Source of the DNA: Eukaryota sp. TZLM1-RC
Lineage: Eukaryota; Protista; Metamonada: BaSk clade
DNA: 64,000 bases
Direction of reading: 5' to 3'
Assembly (NCBI GenBank): GCA_040285825.1
Contig: JAUPSS010000004.1
Coordinates: 5,113,784-5,177,783, forward strand
Below the pieces are notes generated by a model. The model was not told the origin of the DNA. It worked only from the letters and a program-made list of their open reading frames with translations, and ran no database searches. Of this stretch, positions 45,838 through 58,265 are shown one piece after another. A program made the position numbers and the translations under genes. Position 1 is the first letter of the stretch, and every line of letters starts with the position of its first letter.

Positions 45838-47750
45838 GATATTTGAAACAAGATTAGTAAACGTCGGTTACTTTCGCGGTGTTCTTTCATGGAAGTCATT
45901 GACAATTTTTTAGACTTTTTGTAATAGAGACGCTTCATAAAAATGTGTGCCACGTCTGCTTTTCTAGGTAATATTGTATCCTTTCAAATTGTTTAAATCA
46001 TGTTCTGGTGTATTCAGGAAATCAAAAAACAGGTGCTTATTCAGAAATAGGGTTTGAGTTTTCCTTGTTAAATACAGTATGTTGAATTACACAATATGGA
46101 GCACCAAGTAATCAACATAATCTTGAAGTAAGTTGTCCCTTCCCACACCTAAATGACAAAACCAGAATATTGTTGGAACAATATAGAGATATAACGTAAT
46201 TATAATAATAAATAATATAATGCAGAGTTATAGAGTAACTGTTTATGTCTCTGGGCCTAATGACCTATGTGCTGTTTAAAAACAAATTCGTTCAACTTCG
46301 ACACATGTTGCTGTTATCAATGAAAAGTTCATCTAATTCTTTTCAGCTCCACAATTGTCTATCCGTCATATGATATAGCTTACATATAGTATTTCTTCCA
46401 ATTGTACTGCTTTTCTCTCAATATTGGTATCCACAGAGATGTGACACATCAACTTGGTTTCTCAAATTTCGACAAAAATTGTCGTAAGGAAGCAGATGTA
46501 AACAGAATCATTTGGTTAACTATTAATCAAGTGAAGTGGACAAATCGAATTGATACACAATAAAATGTGGCCCAATTAGTAAATACTATTACAGTCCAAT
46601 TTTGAAATAATTATTCGAAACTTATTAAAATTGTAAAAAGCAGTAGAAAACAGATGTATATCGTAGATTTAAATTTGTAATGGAATTAAGAAAGTAAATT
46701 TTTCAATAAATTGCAAATGGGGAATTGAATTCTACAATTCATGTTGCATTCATGTTACAATTATTGAATTACTGATCCAATAATCAATAGTCTTGGCCAT
46801 AACGTTCAACATTTTTGCATCGAAAGCACAAATTTGGAAACAAATTATTCTGATACGTCTAGCCAAACAATTTGCCCAAACCATGATTAAAAGGATTTTT
46901 CTAAAAGCAGATTGCAATCATCCCTCAATATGGAACAGTCCGAAATGGTTCTAGAATGTATAAATGATGATGTCAATGGTGGATCAACGACATTTAACTG
47001 GAAACATGTTCCATTCTGTATTCTATTGGAATTTTTTGGAAAAATGTCCGCAACCCTTTATTATAAAAAAAATTAAATAAGCTGTTGCTTCAACCTTATC
47101 ATTGGTAATGGGATTTCGATTACTTCTTGTAAGAAATGTACTTGAGATTGCTCCTTCAACAAAATTTCAAAATTTCACGTTTTTCCAAGTTAGCTTTTTT
47201 TATTCAGTGAGATCAATTACATGACGAAAGCAAACGGATAATTTGCGTAGATTTTTTTAAAATTCTTTCAATTAACTTATTATTATACATTTACCACAAC
47301 TTTTTTCCAATGAGATCAATCATTAAAAACGAAAGAGCGCTTTGATTAACCATTTAATTTGGTTTTGATGCAGTCAGTGTTTTGGTAGAAGTTGGGATCC
47401 TGAGTAACTAATGCAGCATTAGGTTTATTTTGTATATTTTGCCAACAACTTCAAAAGGTACAATTTTTAGGCAAGCAAAGTCTAAAACAATTATTTCAAT
47501 TATTTTTGTAGTCACAACAATAAGATTGAAACATTAAAACTATCAATAGGCAAATAAGCTTTCATTCGATTTATGTAAGTCACTTTTAAAAAACCTACCC
47601 TATTCAATAGTGGTTTAAATACACCCACTACAAGACCTACTTCTCTGTTTTACCTCATTATTGGTGTGTTGTCTGTTTTTACATATATTCATGTTATTAA
47701 AACATCAAACAAAACCTTTAATGTTGTGCAAATCAACTAATCAATATAGA

Positions 47751-48683
47751 TCAATTCTCAGCCTTTAGTTCGGTTAAAAACCACTGATATGTCCTATCCA
47801 ATCCTTCTGACAACGTGAACTTGGGGTTCCACTTTAAAGTCCTTCTCACAAAGCTACTATCTGACAATGAATGTTTGATATCTCCAGGTCTTTCAGGATG
47901 ATATTCCACCTTGCTCGATGCTTGTGAGATATCTATGCATAGACGAGCTAGGTCATTCACAGTGGTGACGGTTTCTGTTCCTATGTTGAACACATTAAAG
48001 CTTTCGAGGGAACTAGTGATGTATAGAAACAATGCATAGCTTAGGTCCTCTACAAAGACAAAGTCTCTGCTTTGTTCACCATCGCCAAAAATTTTGACAG
48101 GTTCATTCTTGGACACAAAGTCGAAAAACTTACTAATAACTCCCGAATATGGATTGGAAGGATGTTGACGAGGACCATATACATTGAAGAACCTGAAACA
48201 ACTGCAATTCAGACCCTTTTGATGGAATTCTTTGTGTAGGAATTCCATGTTTAGCTTGGTCTCTGCATATGGTGAGATGGGAGCAGTGTTATACTCTTCT
48301 TTGATTGGCAGTGTTTGAATGTCACCATACACTGCAGCAGAAGAGGCACTCGCTACCTTTTCAATTTTGTTGTCCAGAGCCCATTGTAAAACGTTACGGC
48401 TACCTTGTACATTAATAAATTCATATTTCTCAGGATTGGTCATGGATTCGCTTACTGATATAGCAGCAGCAAGATGAATAACATGAGAAATATCAGAAGG
48501 AAGACTACTGAGATCTTCTGGGCGAGTAATGTCTCCAATAATGGTTTCTACTAATGGATGGCTATAGAAATTGTTCCCTGATGATTGGTCGTCAAAGACA
48601 ACAACATTGTGGTCATTAGCAGCAAGAAGTCTGACAACACAACTACCGATAAAGCCTAGGCCTCCAGTAACGAGTACTTTCAT
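47751..48683 (-). CDS. NAD-dependent nucleotide-sugar epimerase/dehydratase (UDP-glucose 4-epimerase-like extended SDR)
   Basis: TGGLGFIG, HLAA, SSAAVYG, YxxxK (YAETK), FFNVYGPRQ, GDGEQSRDFVFV. Confidence 0.92.
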   Translation of the reverse strand: MKVLVTGGLGFIGSCVVRLLAANDHNVVVFDDQSSGNNFYSHPLVETIIGDITRPEDLSSLPSDISHVIHLAAAISVSESMTNPEKYEFINVQGSRNVLQWALDNKIEKVASASSAAVYGDIQTLPIKEEYNTAPISPYAETKLNMEFLHKEFHQKGLNCSCFRFFNVYGPRQHPSNPYSGVISKFFDFVSKNEPVKIFGDGEQSRDFVFVEDLSYALFLYITSSLESFNVFNIGTETVTTVNDLARLCIDISQASSKVEYHPERPGDIKHSLSDSSFVRRTLKWNPKFTLSEGLDRTYQWFLTELKAEN

Positions 48684-49039
48684 TGGAATTGGTTTAGCTT
48701 AGAAATTGCATTTAATGAAATTAGATCGCAGGTATCTCTATCCAACTCGAACTCCAATGAGAAACCTCAACCCAACCTGACTGGAAATCCCTTTTGGAAA
48801 AACAATGGATTGCATTTTCAAGAATTCATGCAAACATTAAAACATTAAACATTCATCCAATATTTTCAGCTACAAGAAAAGTAGCTTTTATCCAAGATTG
48901 TTGCAACATTGTTTAACTCAAATATGAACGATTGCTCACAGCCATTATTTAGATAGTTTATTAGTTTATAGTCAACAGCTGATGCCAAATCATCAGTGAT
49001 TCATCTTTTTTTTAAATGAGGGAGATTAATTTATTTTTT

Positions 49040-50712
49040 TTTTAAAAAAAACTGGAATATTTATTGAGATAAAAATAACCATCTAGAATTCAATATCCTC
49101 CAAACAAGCGTCACTATTACTGAACCTACTCACAGCATTACGTTCATATTCTATACCAATAGCTAAAAGTGCCTTTGAAATCATTGTTGGAATAGACTTG
49201 AAAATGCAAAAAACAATTCCATTTAACCAGAAAGTGGAGTTCATTGTTTTACCAGACCTATTCAGTAATACTTTTTTATATTTTCCAAAAAATGCAGGCC
49301 TGAAGGTCCAATATTGCCAAAAAGAGAAATTGCAAACGGCACAAACTGATATTTCACATGTTCCACTCTACCTAACTGTGCCAAAAGTTCTTCATATTTT
49401 TTTATCTTCTTTTTTTCGGCGTTAGATAACGGCGAGTCAGCGGAATACACTAAACGAGCAGCAGAATTTTTGCAAACCTCCACTGAGACAACGTCTACAA
49501 CATTGAGAACACCATCGATCCCTGGAGCTACTAAATCTGCCCTTCTTTTACCAAAGGAATCATCAGTTTGATCTGAAGACAGCTTACGTACTAGTGGCTC
49601 GATAAATGCCTCTATATTGAAACTTTTGCACATGGCATATAATTGATCACGAACTGAGTCATGAACAAGTGAGCGATAAGTTATAAAATACTTACAGTTT
49701 AAAATATGGGAAAGCGTAACAACACTCTTGCAGCGACAAATTAAATCATTTGGCAATGAACAAGGCCATAGAAAACATCTCAATCTCATTGCAGTGGTCC
49801 ATTGGTGATCATTAAGTAGAAGCCCGTAAATGTTGGGAATTTGGGAGATTAAGCAACTTGAGCAACTGTCTTCAAGATCAATCAAAAAGTTTGCAAAAAC
49901 GGGATTTTTTTCCTTAGCCAAGCTAAGACGTACAATATAATCCAAGTTTTCTAAAACTTTCAAAAATTTTTTCTGCAATTTTGCAAAAGTCAATGGTAAG
50001 AAGAGCAAGCTTCTTGAAGGAAGTTCCACAATATCAGAGGGGAAACATTTAGCCCAAATATTGGGTGAAAGAGTTTCAATTTCCTGTTGCAAAGAAATAA
50101 GATAGGAGCTGCCACAATTTTCAATGAGATGAATTTTTTCAGGAAAACGATTCACAAATTTATAAATAAAATTCTTTCCACCTCCAATAAAGGCAGCTTT
50201 ACAAAGGTAGCTTGACTTATGAAAATCAACACCACCAAAATTTGTACCACAAAAAATGTGGCTTCGTAACTGAGATGCATCAATTTCCAATAATTTTGCC
50301 AAAAAATTAGTTCTTTGTTCATTAAAAATGCGACAGAACTCCAAGGAAATTGATGGTGATGTTGATCTCAAAATATGAGTAAATTTTCCAGAATAACAGA
50401 TTTTGAGGAAAAAGAATTTCAAATGTTTCTCAATATTTAAATTTTCTATTGATTCTAATTCATTTCCAAATTGAGTCAACAGAGTCGAAAGTTGGCTTTT
50501 GACTTCATCAATATTTCCGAGATAACAACCCAAAAAACGAAAACCAGACTGATCATAATTGATAAAGGGGACATTGACATCATTAATGAAAAAATCAATT
50601 GGTTCATGGCCAATAATCAAACATTTGGAGATATTCAATGAGAGACCAATATCTTCATAACGCTGTTGAATAAAATTTGCTATTTGTTTCAGAATTGTAA
50701 TAGGAGCAATTA
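49040..50712 (-). mobile_element. 5'-truncated family B non-LTR copy (RT C-terminus, zinc finger, RLE)
   Basis: 458 aa ORF with FRFLG, THILR, CRC...H...C, HDSVRD, RRADL and KKY; T-runs on the plus strand near 49030 may be the tail. Confidence 0.88.
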
Positions 50713-51320
50713 CTGATTAGTGATTCATCAGTGACCCTATTTACTGATTTGTTCCTTTTGGTCCGACTACCAGCGACTCCCACATAGACTTGCACTCGAT
50801 TTATTTTAACAGAAACAACTCAAACCTTGTTTCAATTAGACTCCTCGTATTGAGTTTTGCCCAGATTTAGATGCTAAGGGGTCACTCGTTTAGGAATAAA
50901 AACCATTGAATATTGATATTATTAATATAAGAATGTTATTAACTATTATCATTATTATTAAATATTTATCAATATTATATTTGATATTAATATTAATATT
51001 TTTCAGTACTATTTGATCCTGATTATCAGTCACTTTTTTCAAATTGCTGCTGTGTCCAACATCAACATTCTATCAATTTAATGTGTTTCTGTAGGGTTTC
51101 TTCCTATTGAATGGATTGTTGAAATAATGAATTTGCTGTGGAAAATGTATCTTTTGTTTATTTTAAATCACTATTACAAAAAAAGAAATACTTAAAATAT
51201 TAATATACACCGAAATAAGCCGAGATATTTGGCCCAACATTAAACACCAAAAAACTTCACACAATGAATTCATAATTAATAAATTAATATTTACAAAATA
51301 AAACAAACAACAAAAACTAC

Positions 51321-51737
51321 CTACACTTTGAACAACCTAGTCAAAAACCTATCAAACAGACTGACATTCTGCCCATCAACTTCAACTACAACAGACTGAT
51401 CTCCTTCCTTGAGAGTAACTATTAAAACTTTACGACCTCGAGGTAAACATCCATTAAGGGTGACATCCTCCAACTCAACCTCGACTTCACGTGAGAATGA
51501 CTGAATGGGAGATTTTTCAGGGTTGAAATCACCCTTGTAGAGTTTCAGCGGGGCTGTTTGACATGGTGATAATAATAGAGAGCAGGAAGTGCGGAATCCA
51601 AATTCATGTAGTTTATAAACATTGAACAAGAGAACAGGAAAATCGTTTGAGGTAGTGGTAAGAAAAGAAGAACCGCAATGAGTGTGTGCCTGAGGTTCTG
51701 GGGAATATTCAATAAGTAAGGTATCTGATGTAGACAT
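51321..51737 (-). CDS. Hypothetical 138-aa protein
   Basis: Clean ATG-TAG ORF with host-like composition and an AT-rich 3' flank; no motif recognised. Confidence 0.55.
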   Translation of the reverse strand: MSTSDTLLIEYSPEPQAHTHCGSSFLTTTSNDFPVLLFNVYKLHEFGFRTSCSLLLSPCQTAPLKLYKGDFNPEKSPIQSFSREVEVELEDVTLNGCLPRGRKVLIVTLKEGDQSVVVEVDGQNVSLFDRFLTRLFKV

Positions 51738-51810
51738 CGGCTAATAGCACAAAAATGTCAAATAGCAGTAACCAGTTGAGATTACTGAAAGATGATGAAA
51801 TGAATCAAGT

Positions 51811-54060
51811 TTATCTTTTCCAAAGTTGAGGTCTTTCATTTCCTTTGAGATACTGTTCCACAACATGAATCATATTAAGAACAGCATTGACATTACGATT
51901 CCATAGACATCCACACTTCTTGCAAGTGAGTATTCCATGTCTCAGGACTGTTGGAGTCTTTGCTCTCTTGTAAGGTCTTGGATTAGGTACTCGATGTTTG
52001 TTTACATTTTCACCTTCTTTTCTCTCGAGTACACATACATGACATCGACAACTTGTTCTATATTCATCCAGCAGCTATAGACGGAAGTTACGCTTTTTAA
52101 ACATCTTTCGATAACCAACATTTTTTGTAGGTTTTTGATGTTTAAAATTGGTTTGCTTCGAATCATCCATCACTACAATGTTATCTTCAGGACCTCCAAA
52201 CTTATTTTCAAATTTATTCATCCATTTTGCTTCAAACCTCTCTGTGGCCATGAGTCTTCGCAGTTTCACGACTCTTAATTAAAGTAAAAAGCTCCAACAT
52301 GGAGAGATAAGTTGTTGCTTGCCTTGCAGTAAATTAGGAATTTTTTCATGATCTAGAGTTTTTTAGAAGATTGTTGTAATTCTTCTTCCCACTTCTTTTC
52401 AGTTTGTTTTTGAATAATCCATGATTCTTTAGCATCCTTATAGAATTTTTGATGGTCCTTGTTCAGAGTTTCTCTTCTTCGTTGAGGAGCAGTCAACCTC
52501 TTGAAGGTATATTCCTTTAATTTTGTTTTCTTGTTTTCATTTGGAGGAGGAGGATTTTGTTTTTGTTTGCAGTTTAAAATCTTTTGTTTTGTCTTTTTGT
52601 TTCTTTTCATTCTGGTAATAAATCCTCTATTTCTTCCTTTGTTTTCTTAATGACGTTTTTCGTCCCATTCTAATCTTGAATCTGTTGGGGTTCAATGTGG
52701 TTCAGTTAACCTGTTGGGATTTGGGCAATTTAATTTTCGTTTCCCAGCCATTGGTCCCTGATGTTAGGGTCAATTACTGTGAAGGTATTAATTATCAGCT
52801 CATCCCGTAGAAAATCAGACAAGAATGTATCTTTTTCATCTTGTTCGGACTTCTTGAGGCGACTCTTCCCAGCTTTGTCTTTTCGTATGAGATGTAATGA
52901 GCAACTTACATTATCAGTCTTTATAGAAAAATTAAAACAGTTTTCTTTCTGATTGAAAACTCTTTTACCTGTCCACATTATCCATTTCCAGTATTGATGT
53001 TGGAATTTTTCTGAATTTCCACCCAGTAGCCCTTCCGAATTTTGTGGTCAATTTGCTTCATCTGGGATTAAAGTTCTGTAAATTGCTTGGGTATCCCAGA
53101 AAGCATGGCCAGGTATACCAGTGGTTAGAAGTGGAAATAAATATATTTAAAATGATCATAATTTGTGAATGAATTATTTTTCAAAAAATCAATTCCCTTA
53201 AACATACATAGACATGAAATCAGTCATTGTAGGGGGTCGACACTTAAAAAGTAACTCACTCTTTGAATTTTATCTACATTAGGTAAAGATAAGTTTAGAT
53301 TTCGATGTAAAAATATAATTCTTGGGAACAACAGTCCTTTAAGACTGTCAATAGTCAAAACTTGATTAGGTAGAGTCAATTTAAGCTTATAGAAGTTATT
53401 CATTAAGCAAAAGCGAGTATGAATAGAAGAATAAGCAGCACTAAAGAGGAGTTGAAAAAATGTATCAACAACATCAATTCTAGTAGAATAAAGTTCATTT
53501 AGACGGGTATGACAGAAGTAAAGATCCAAAAATTCGTTCAACAATTTTCGAAAATTCTGCTTTACAGATAAAGCGTATTCCTCAATACTGAATCTGGTAA
53601 TTCTATTCATTGATTTGAGGTACAAACTAGGATTTCCTTCAGGCACAGTTTGGGAATAAGAATGTTTGAAGTATTCCCTTCCATTATTTACAAAACACTA
53701 TTACAAAAAGGAATTTGTTCTGACCAGATTGTTTCAGTACAAGAAGTTTTGGCTTTATTGAATTCGTTCATTCATGGAAGAAGTCGGAAAGGCAAATTTT
53801 TTTTCTTTTTCAGCTCGGTGTTGATGTCAAATTATTGGAAATCAATTAAGACTCGGTATTGAAGGTCATGCAAATACGTTAGCCAATAGTTAAGATAAGT
53901 TATTTCCCCAATCCCTATGCACAAAGTTCATATCGAAGAGGCATCATGTGCTTTTATTCGCGTTGTTTTGAATAATTCGTTTTTTAAAGCATTGGCATCT
54001 CAAGGTGCTAAACAGGAGTGTGGCTTTCACGGTTGAAATAAATCGGATTTTTTGCGTAAG
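51811..54060 (-). pseudogene. Fanzor1-type RuvC nuclease gene (Fanzor C), heavily disrupted
   Basis: YALSVKQNFRKLLNEFLDLYF, FPLLTTGIPGHAFWDT, IKTDNVSCSL, RuvC-I TVIDPNIRDQ, KFGGPED..VVMDD, KHQKPTKNVG, RuvC-II LDEYRTSCRCHVC, PNPRPY, HGILTCKKC, WNRNVNAVLNM and GNERPQLWKR*. The 5' limit is approximate. Confidence 0.88.
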
Positions 54061-54409
54061 TTTTTGCCTATGATTTCTGATATGCAGTTTTTCGTGGCTT
54101 ATACATCACCAGTTTCTTTCAGAAATTCACTGTTGTTGATCAGTCTTGCAATATATTCTTTCAATTACAATCTATTTATTCATTTATTTATTTATTTTTA
54201 AATCTGACACTAATTTCATCAACATAGACAAACATCATTCAGAATAAAAAATAACAAGACGCACTTTGAAAAAACGTATTTTTGTGGGGGTACAACTCTG
54301 CTGAGACGGAGAGCATTGGCTTCATCCTTTGAGTCGTTTGCACAAAATTTTTGTACTAAATTTTCTCTGCTATTTAAATAGTTTCACAAATTCACACTGT
54401 ATTTTGAAC

Positions 54410-54507
54410 ATGTAGATGTTTGTCTCAGTTGATGTTTGCAAAAATTCTGCTGCTCGTTTAGTGTATTCCGCTGATTCGCCGTTATCTAACGCCGAAAAAA
54501 AGAAGAT
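54410..54507 (+). mobile_element. Short family B RLE fragment
   Basis: VDVVSVDVCKNSAARLVYSADSPLSNAEKKKI is nearly identical to the reverse complement of ~49405-49500. Confidence 0.75.
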
Positions 54508-54700
54508 CCCCTCTATTGAGCCAGTACTGTATTTGTCCTCAGAAAAGTGGGAAAAAGTAGTGTTGTTGTTGAACTCAAATTGAATTAGTAGGTTTCTTTG
54601 TATTTCGACTGATGACGTGATACTCATTTATGAATCAGTTTTATTAATAAACAACAGATTTCTCTCTCTCCTTCGTGTGTTCATCAGCCTAACGGCATCA
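54508..54700 (+). mobile_element. 3' end (PPT + 140-bp LTR) of the same LTR family as 21079-22147
   Basis: CCCTCTATTGA...AGAAAAGTGGGAAAAAGTAG followed by TGTTGTTGTTGAA (54561) ... GCATCA (54700). Confidence 0.75.
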
Positions 54701-54769
54701 CAAGAGGATTTTTGACAACAAAACTAATTAAATTCAATAAATTAATTAATTCATTTGCTTTAGAGTAAT

Positions 54770-55630
54770 TTTCTGGTGTGAAACAAGGCGTTTTTCTATT
54801 CCGTCTGTTCTTTTGTCTTGTTTAGCTATTCACAAAATTTTAGATATCATCAAGTAAAAATACCCTTCTCTGAAATCAGTTCCACATATGGATGATAGTT
54901 TTTTGATTGGTTCATTTAATTTGCTGTAATTGATAATTCAAGAAATTGTTGTTTCATATGAAAATATTGGACTTCACCTTAATGCAAGTGAATGCCTTTT
55001 GATTGGTACTTCTGCTCAGGATCTTTTGATTAATGATTCTCTCGTCACATTTACTAATAATAGTAATGATGCTTTCAGATCGATTGGTTGTTGGTTACGA
55101 AACGTGCCCCAACTTCTGAATGAACTACAAAGGTATTTTGGAAAAAATGAAAATCGAACTTGATTCAATTTCTTCCTTAGATTTAGAAAAACATATTGAA
55201 CTTTTCATGCACAAAATTTTCTTTTCTGAGAGAGTAACCCATTTGTTGAAATCTTGTCGTCCTTCCACAGCATTAGATTTTGTTCGTTCCTTTAAGTCAA
55301 TAAAAACTGTATCTTTGCCTTTTTATTGGATATACATCTAGAGATGTTGAAAAATCATTGATTTTCGGCAGCAAAAGTTGGAGGTGTTGGATTTACAAAG
55401 TCTTCTATTTTGTGCCAATCAGCTCTATTTGAGTGATGGCAAAAAATTGATTTACGAATTTTCTCGTAGATTTCCTGAAGATTCTCAGTTTTTGGATCCA
55501 AAAACCAGCCCATATTTGAATGAGTTATCACCTGAGCTCGAAATATTGTCACCACAATTCTGGACCAAATGTTTTCCCTAATCATTTCAAGAAATTCAAA
55601 ACCGATTTCCTTTTAATTTGGGGTTTTGCT
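54770..55630 (+). mobile_element. Old, degraded family B RT fragment
   Basis: GVKQG, HMDD-like, IGLHLN..ECLLI, LEKHI and WTKCFP remnants. Confidence 0.7.
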
Positions 55631-55674
55631 AAACTTGTACCAATAAATTTTGCTAAACTTGAACCATCTTGTAC

Positions 55675-56356
55675 TTTGCTAAACTTGTACTGAAAATGTT
55701 TTACCGTGTACCAGATCTACTTAGACTCTTGATAACAACTCAAACTGCTAGAACACTTCAGATTGTCTATCCTGCTATGTTCTTGTTATGCTTCTGATTT
55801 TTTAAACAATCCTTTTTCTTATGATCGCTTACACACCATATACCGCAAGGGAGCGTACTCTCAGTCACATAGTGCCCTTGTTTACCACAATTACAACATC
55901 TTCTTGCCTTCTTTCTTCCAACTGTCAAGTCCTTCTTTGCCAAAAATCGATTCCTTTTCAGCTCTGCCTGATTTGATTCAACACGAGATGTGGTGTAGCT
56001 ATTGAAATGAGTGAACTGGTCTGTGTAGCAATTTAAAAATTCAGTTCCAACTGATAGTGAGCTCTGTTCAATATAATCAACAGCTTTTTGGAATACATTC
56101 GTTGCTCCACAAATTAAGTTCTTGTAAGTGATCAGGAAATACTTTATAATTTATAAATTAAAATAATTTATAAATTTATAAGAAAAAGTATATGGTGTGT
56201 AAGCGATCATAAGAAAAAGGATTGTTTAAAAAATCAGAAGCATAACAAGAACATAGCATGATAGACTATCTGAAGTGTTCTAGTAGTTTGAGTTGTTATC
56301 AAGAGTCTAAGTTGATATGGTACAAGGTTAGACATTTTCAGTACAAGTTTAGCAAA
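55675..56356. repeat. 169-bp inverted repeat pair (55675-55843 / 56188-56356) with ~344-bp spacer
   Basis: ...CCTTTTTCTTATGATCGCTTACACACCATATAC is the reverse complement of GTATATGGTGTGTAAGCGATCATAAGAAAAAGG...; inner part identical, outer part with scattered mismatches. Confidence 0.92.
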
Positions 56357-56413
56357 TTGGAAGACCCATCAATACAGCTTATTTCCACCTTTAATCAACT
56401 TGTCTCCTTTGCA

Positions 56414-57052
56414 ATGATGGAACCAATTCTGGATATGGACAGCTTAGACGTTTATACTTTCTTTGAGGTCTTGAAACCTCCCTTCAGAAATAGCAAAGGA
56501 AACCATGTTCATGGTCGTTACAAGTGCTTTTTGTGCTCTCATACTTTAACGTGCTCCAAAACTCGGCTTGTACAACACATAACTGGTTCCAGTAAAAATG
56601 TAAAACCATGTGCCGCACCTCCTCCAAAACTAAAGTCACACTTGGAAAGTATTGCCTCCACCAAGGTACAAATACAACAACACAGTCACAACAAGGAATC
56701 ATTGAAGCATACAACATCTCCGCCTGATGAATCACTGCCCCCTACATCAATATCCTCTTCGTCCTCCACGATATCCTTGCAACCCCCTACTAAACGTTCC
56801 AATAATAATGATGTAGATGTGGAAATCACACGGAAAGACGTAGAATCGCTTCAAAACCATGCTAATCAATGTATTCTTAAGTTTTTCATAAAACATGGTT
56901 TATCTTTTGATTTGATGTACTCAGAAGAGTTCAATCAAATGATGTCATCAATTGCTGCATGTGGTAATAAGTTCAAGACATGTTATTTTGAGGACGAGGA
57001 AGTCAGTTTAACTGCAATGGATGGCATTATTGATCAAGAAATTTCTCAATAA
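56414..57052 (+). pseudogene. BED zinc-finger / hAT transposase N-terminal remnant
   Basis: YKCFLCSH...TRLVQHI...KNVKPC (BED finger) and KFFIKHGLSFD...EFNQMM (hAT N-terminal region); no DDE core. Confidence 0.7.
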
Positions 57053-57989
57053 ATATTCCGGTTAGAAAAAAAAGAAATTAAATAGTAAAAATTAAATTAA
57101 AACTTACAGACAATAACAACAATTACAATGATTAAAAATAAGAAATTAAAGAATAAATAATAAATTTTTTGCATTTAATTTACATCTTATTCATTGAAAC
57201 TCACTAATTCATCGAAGTAATGAAACAATGACAACAGGAGTAATTCACGCTCACAGGCAATGCTTCTTAAACAACTGTGCTTATCATCTGGTTTCAATCA
57301 ATCAAATTTGATTAAACAGATAATTTCAAAGTTTGGAGAGTTGACCTTGTTTGAGTATCACAAAATAATTTCATCTTTTTGAATTTTAATTCGATGCTGC
57401 CAAATGGTCCTGCTGAAGATTGTATTTGGTTCTACAACATGTACTCATACAAGTTGAAAACACTGGTTATGCATGATCACTGATTTTTCTCAAAACAATT
57501 ATGCTGAATGAACGTTTTTTTGTGAGTGGTCATGAAACAGCATCTTTTCAATTTGATAAATTAGGTAAGTAGACAGTGAGGATTTCATGCGTGAATAGTT
57601 TCAAGATAGTCGGGAAGAAGAGTTTTTCAGTATGAGAGAGCCTTGGAGCTTTATGAAGCTGTTTAGTTGGTTTTTGTTTTGTTTGTGATCTTTTTCTATC
57701 TCTACTTCTTAGGTATTTCAGGGTTTTCACTCTCTAACTAAACCTGGGATTTGTGTATTGCCAAACTTTAATTAAAATTGGTACAATGATACAACGTTAA
57801 TTCAATTTTGGTGTAGGTATCATCAAATGTCAAATCAACCAAAATCTTTGAATTGATATTGTTGTTCTCTAAAATTCTGTAAGACCAGCTTTTGCAACGT
57901 TTACTGTACTTTTTACATCAGTTATTGATCTTATGCTTTCAACAAAAAAAACTTTTGAATTCTCTTCAGCGTTATTTTTTAAAAAAACT

Positions 57990-58265
57990 TATTTTATTCA
58001 TAAGAAATTGTTGAAAACTAAAAATCAATTTCCTCAAACTCCACATCTACCATGGAAAATTTACCTTCAGCATTTTCTTCATTCAATCTTCCTAGTGATA
58101 ACAACGAGCTAGAAAAAAGGCTATACCTTCCTTTAAAAAAAGAAAATACAATTCTATTTTGCCAAAAGGTTCGGTCTAATATTCTTCCAGTTCTGCTTTT
58201 GACAATAGATGAAAAATCATCTATAAAAGATAACGCAGTTTTACCCAAGGTTCCAACTAAAGAAA
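57990..58265 (-). mobile_element. Family B extreme 3' fragment
   Basis: ALSFIDDF...RTGR...FWQNRIVFS, homologous to 9641-9943. Confidence 0.75.

Noticed and set aside
45900-47700. ORF-poor stretches (also 16000-17500, 26700-27500, 35150-36000) that may be decayed gene-family or transposon sequence
   Set aside because: I could not recover any diagnostic motif by eye.
50730-50886. Possible MITE with AGTGACCC/GGGTCACT terminal inverted repeats
   Set aside because: Only an 8-bp match, with no clear TSD and no second copy in the window.
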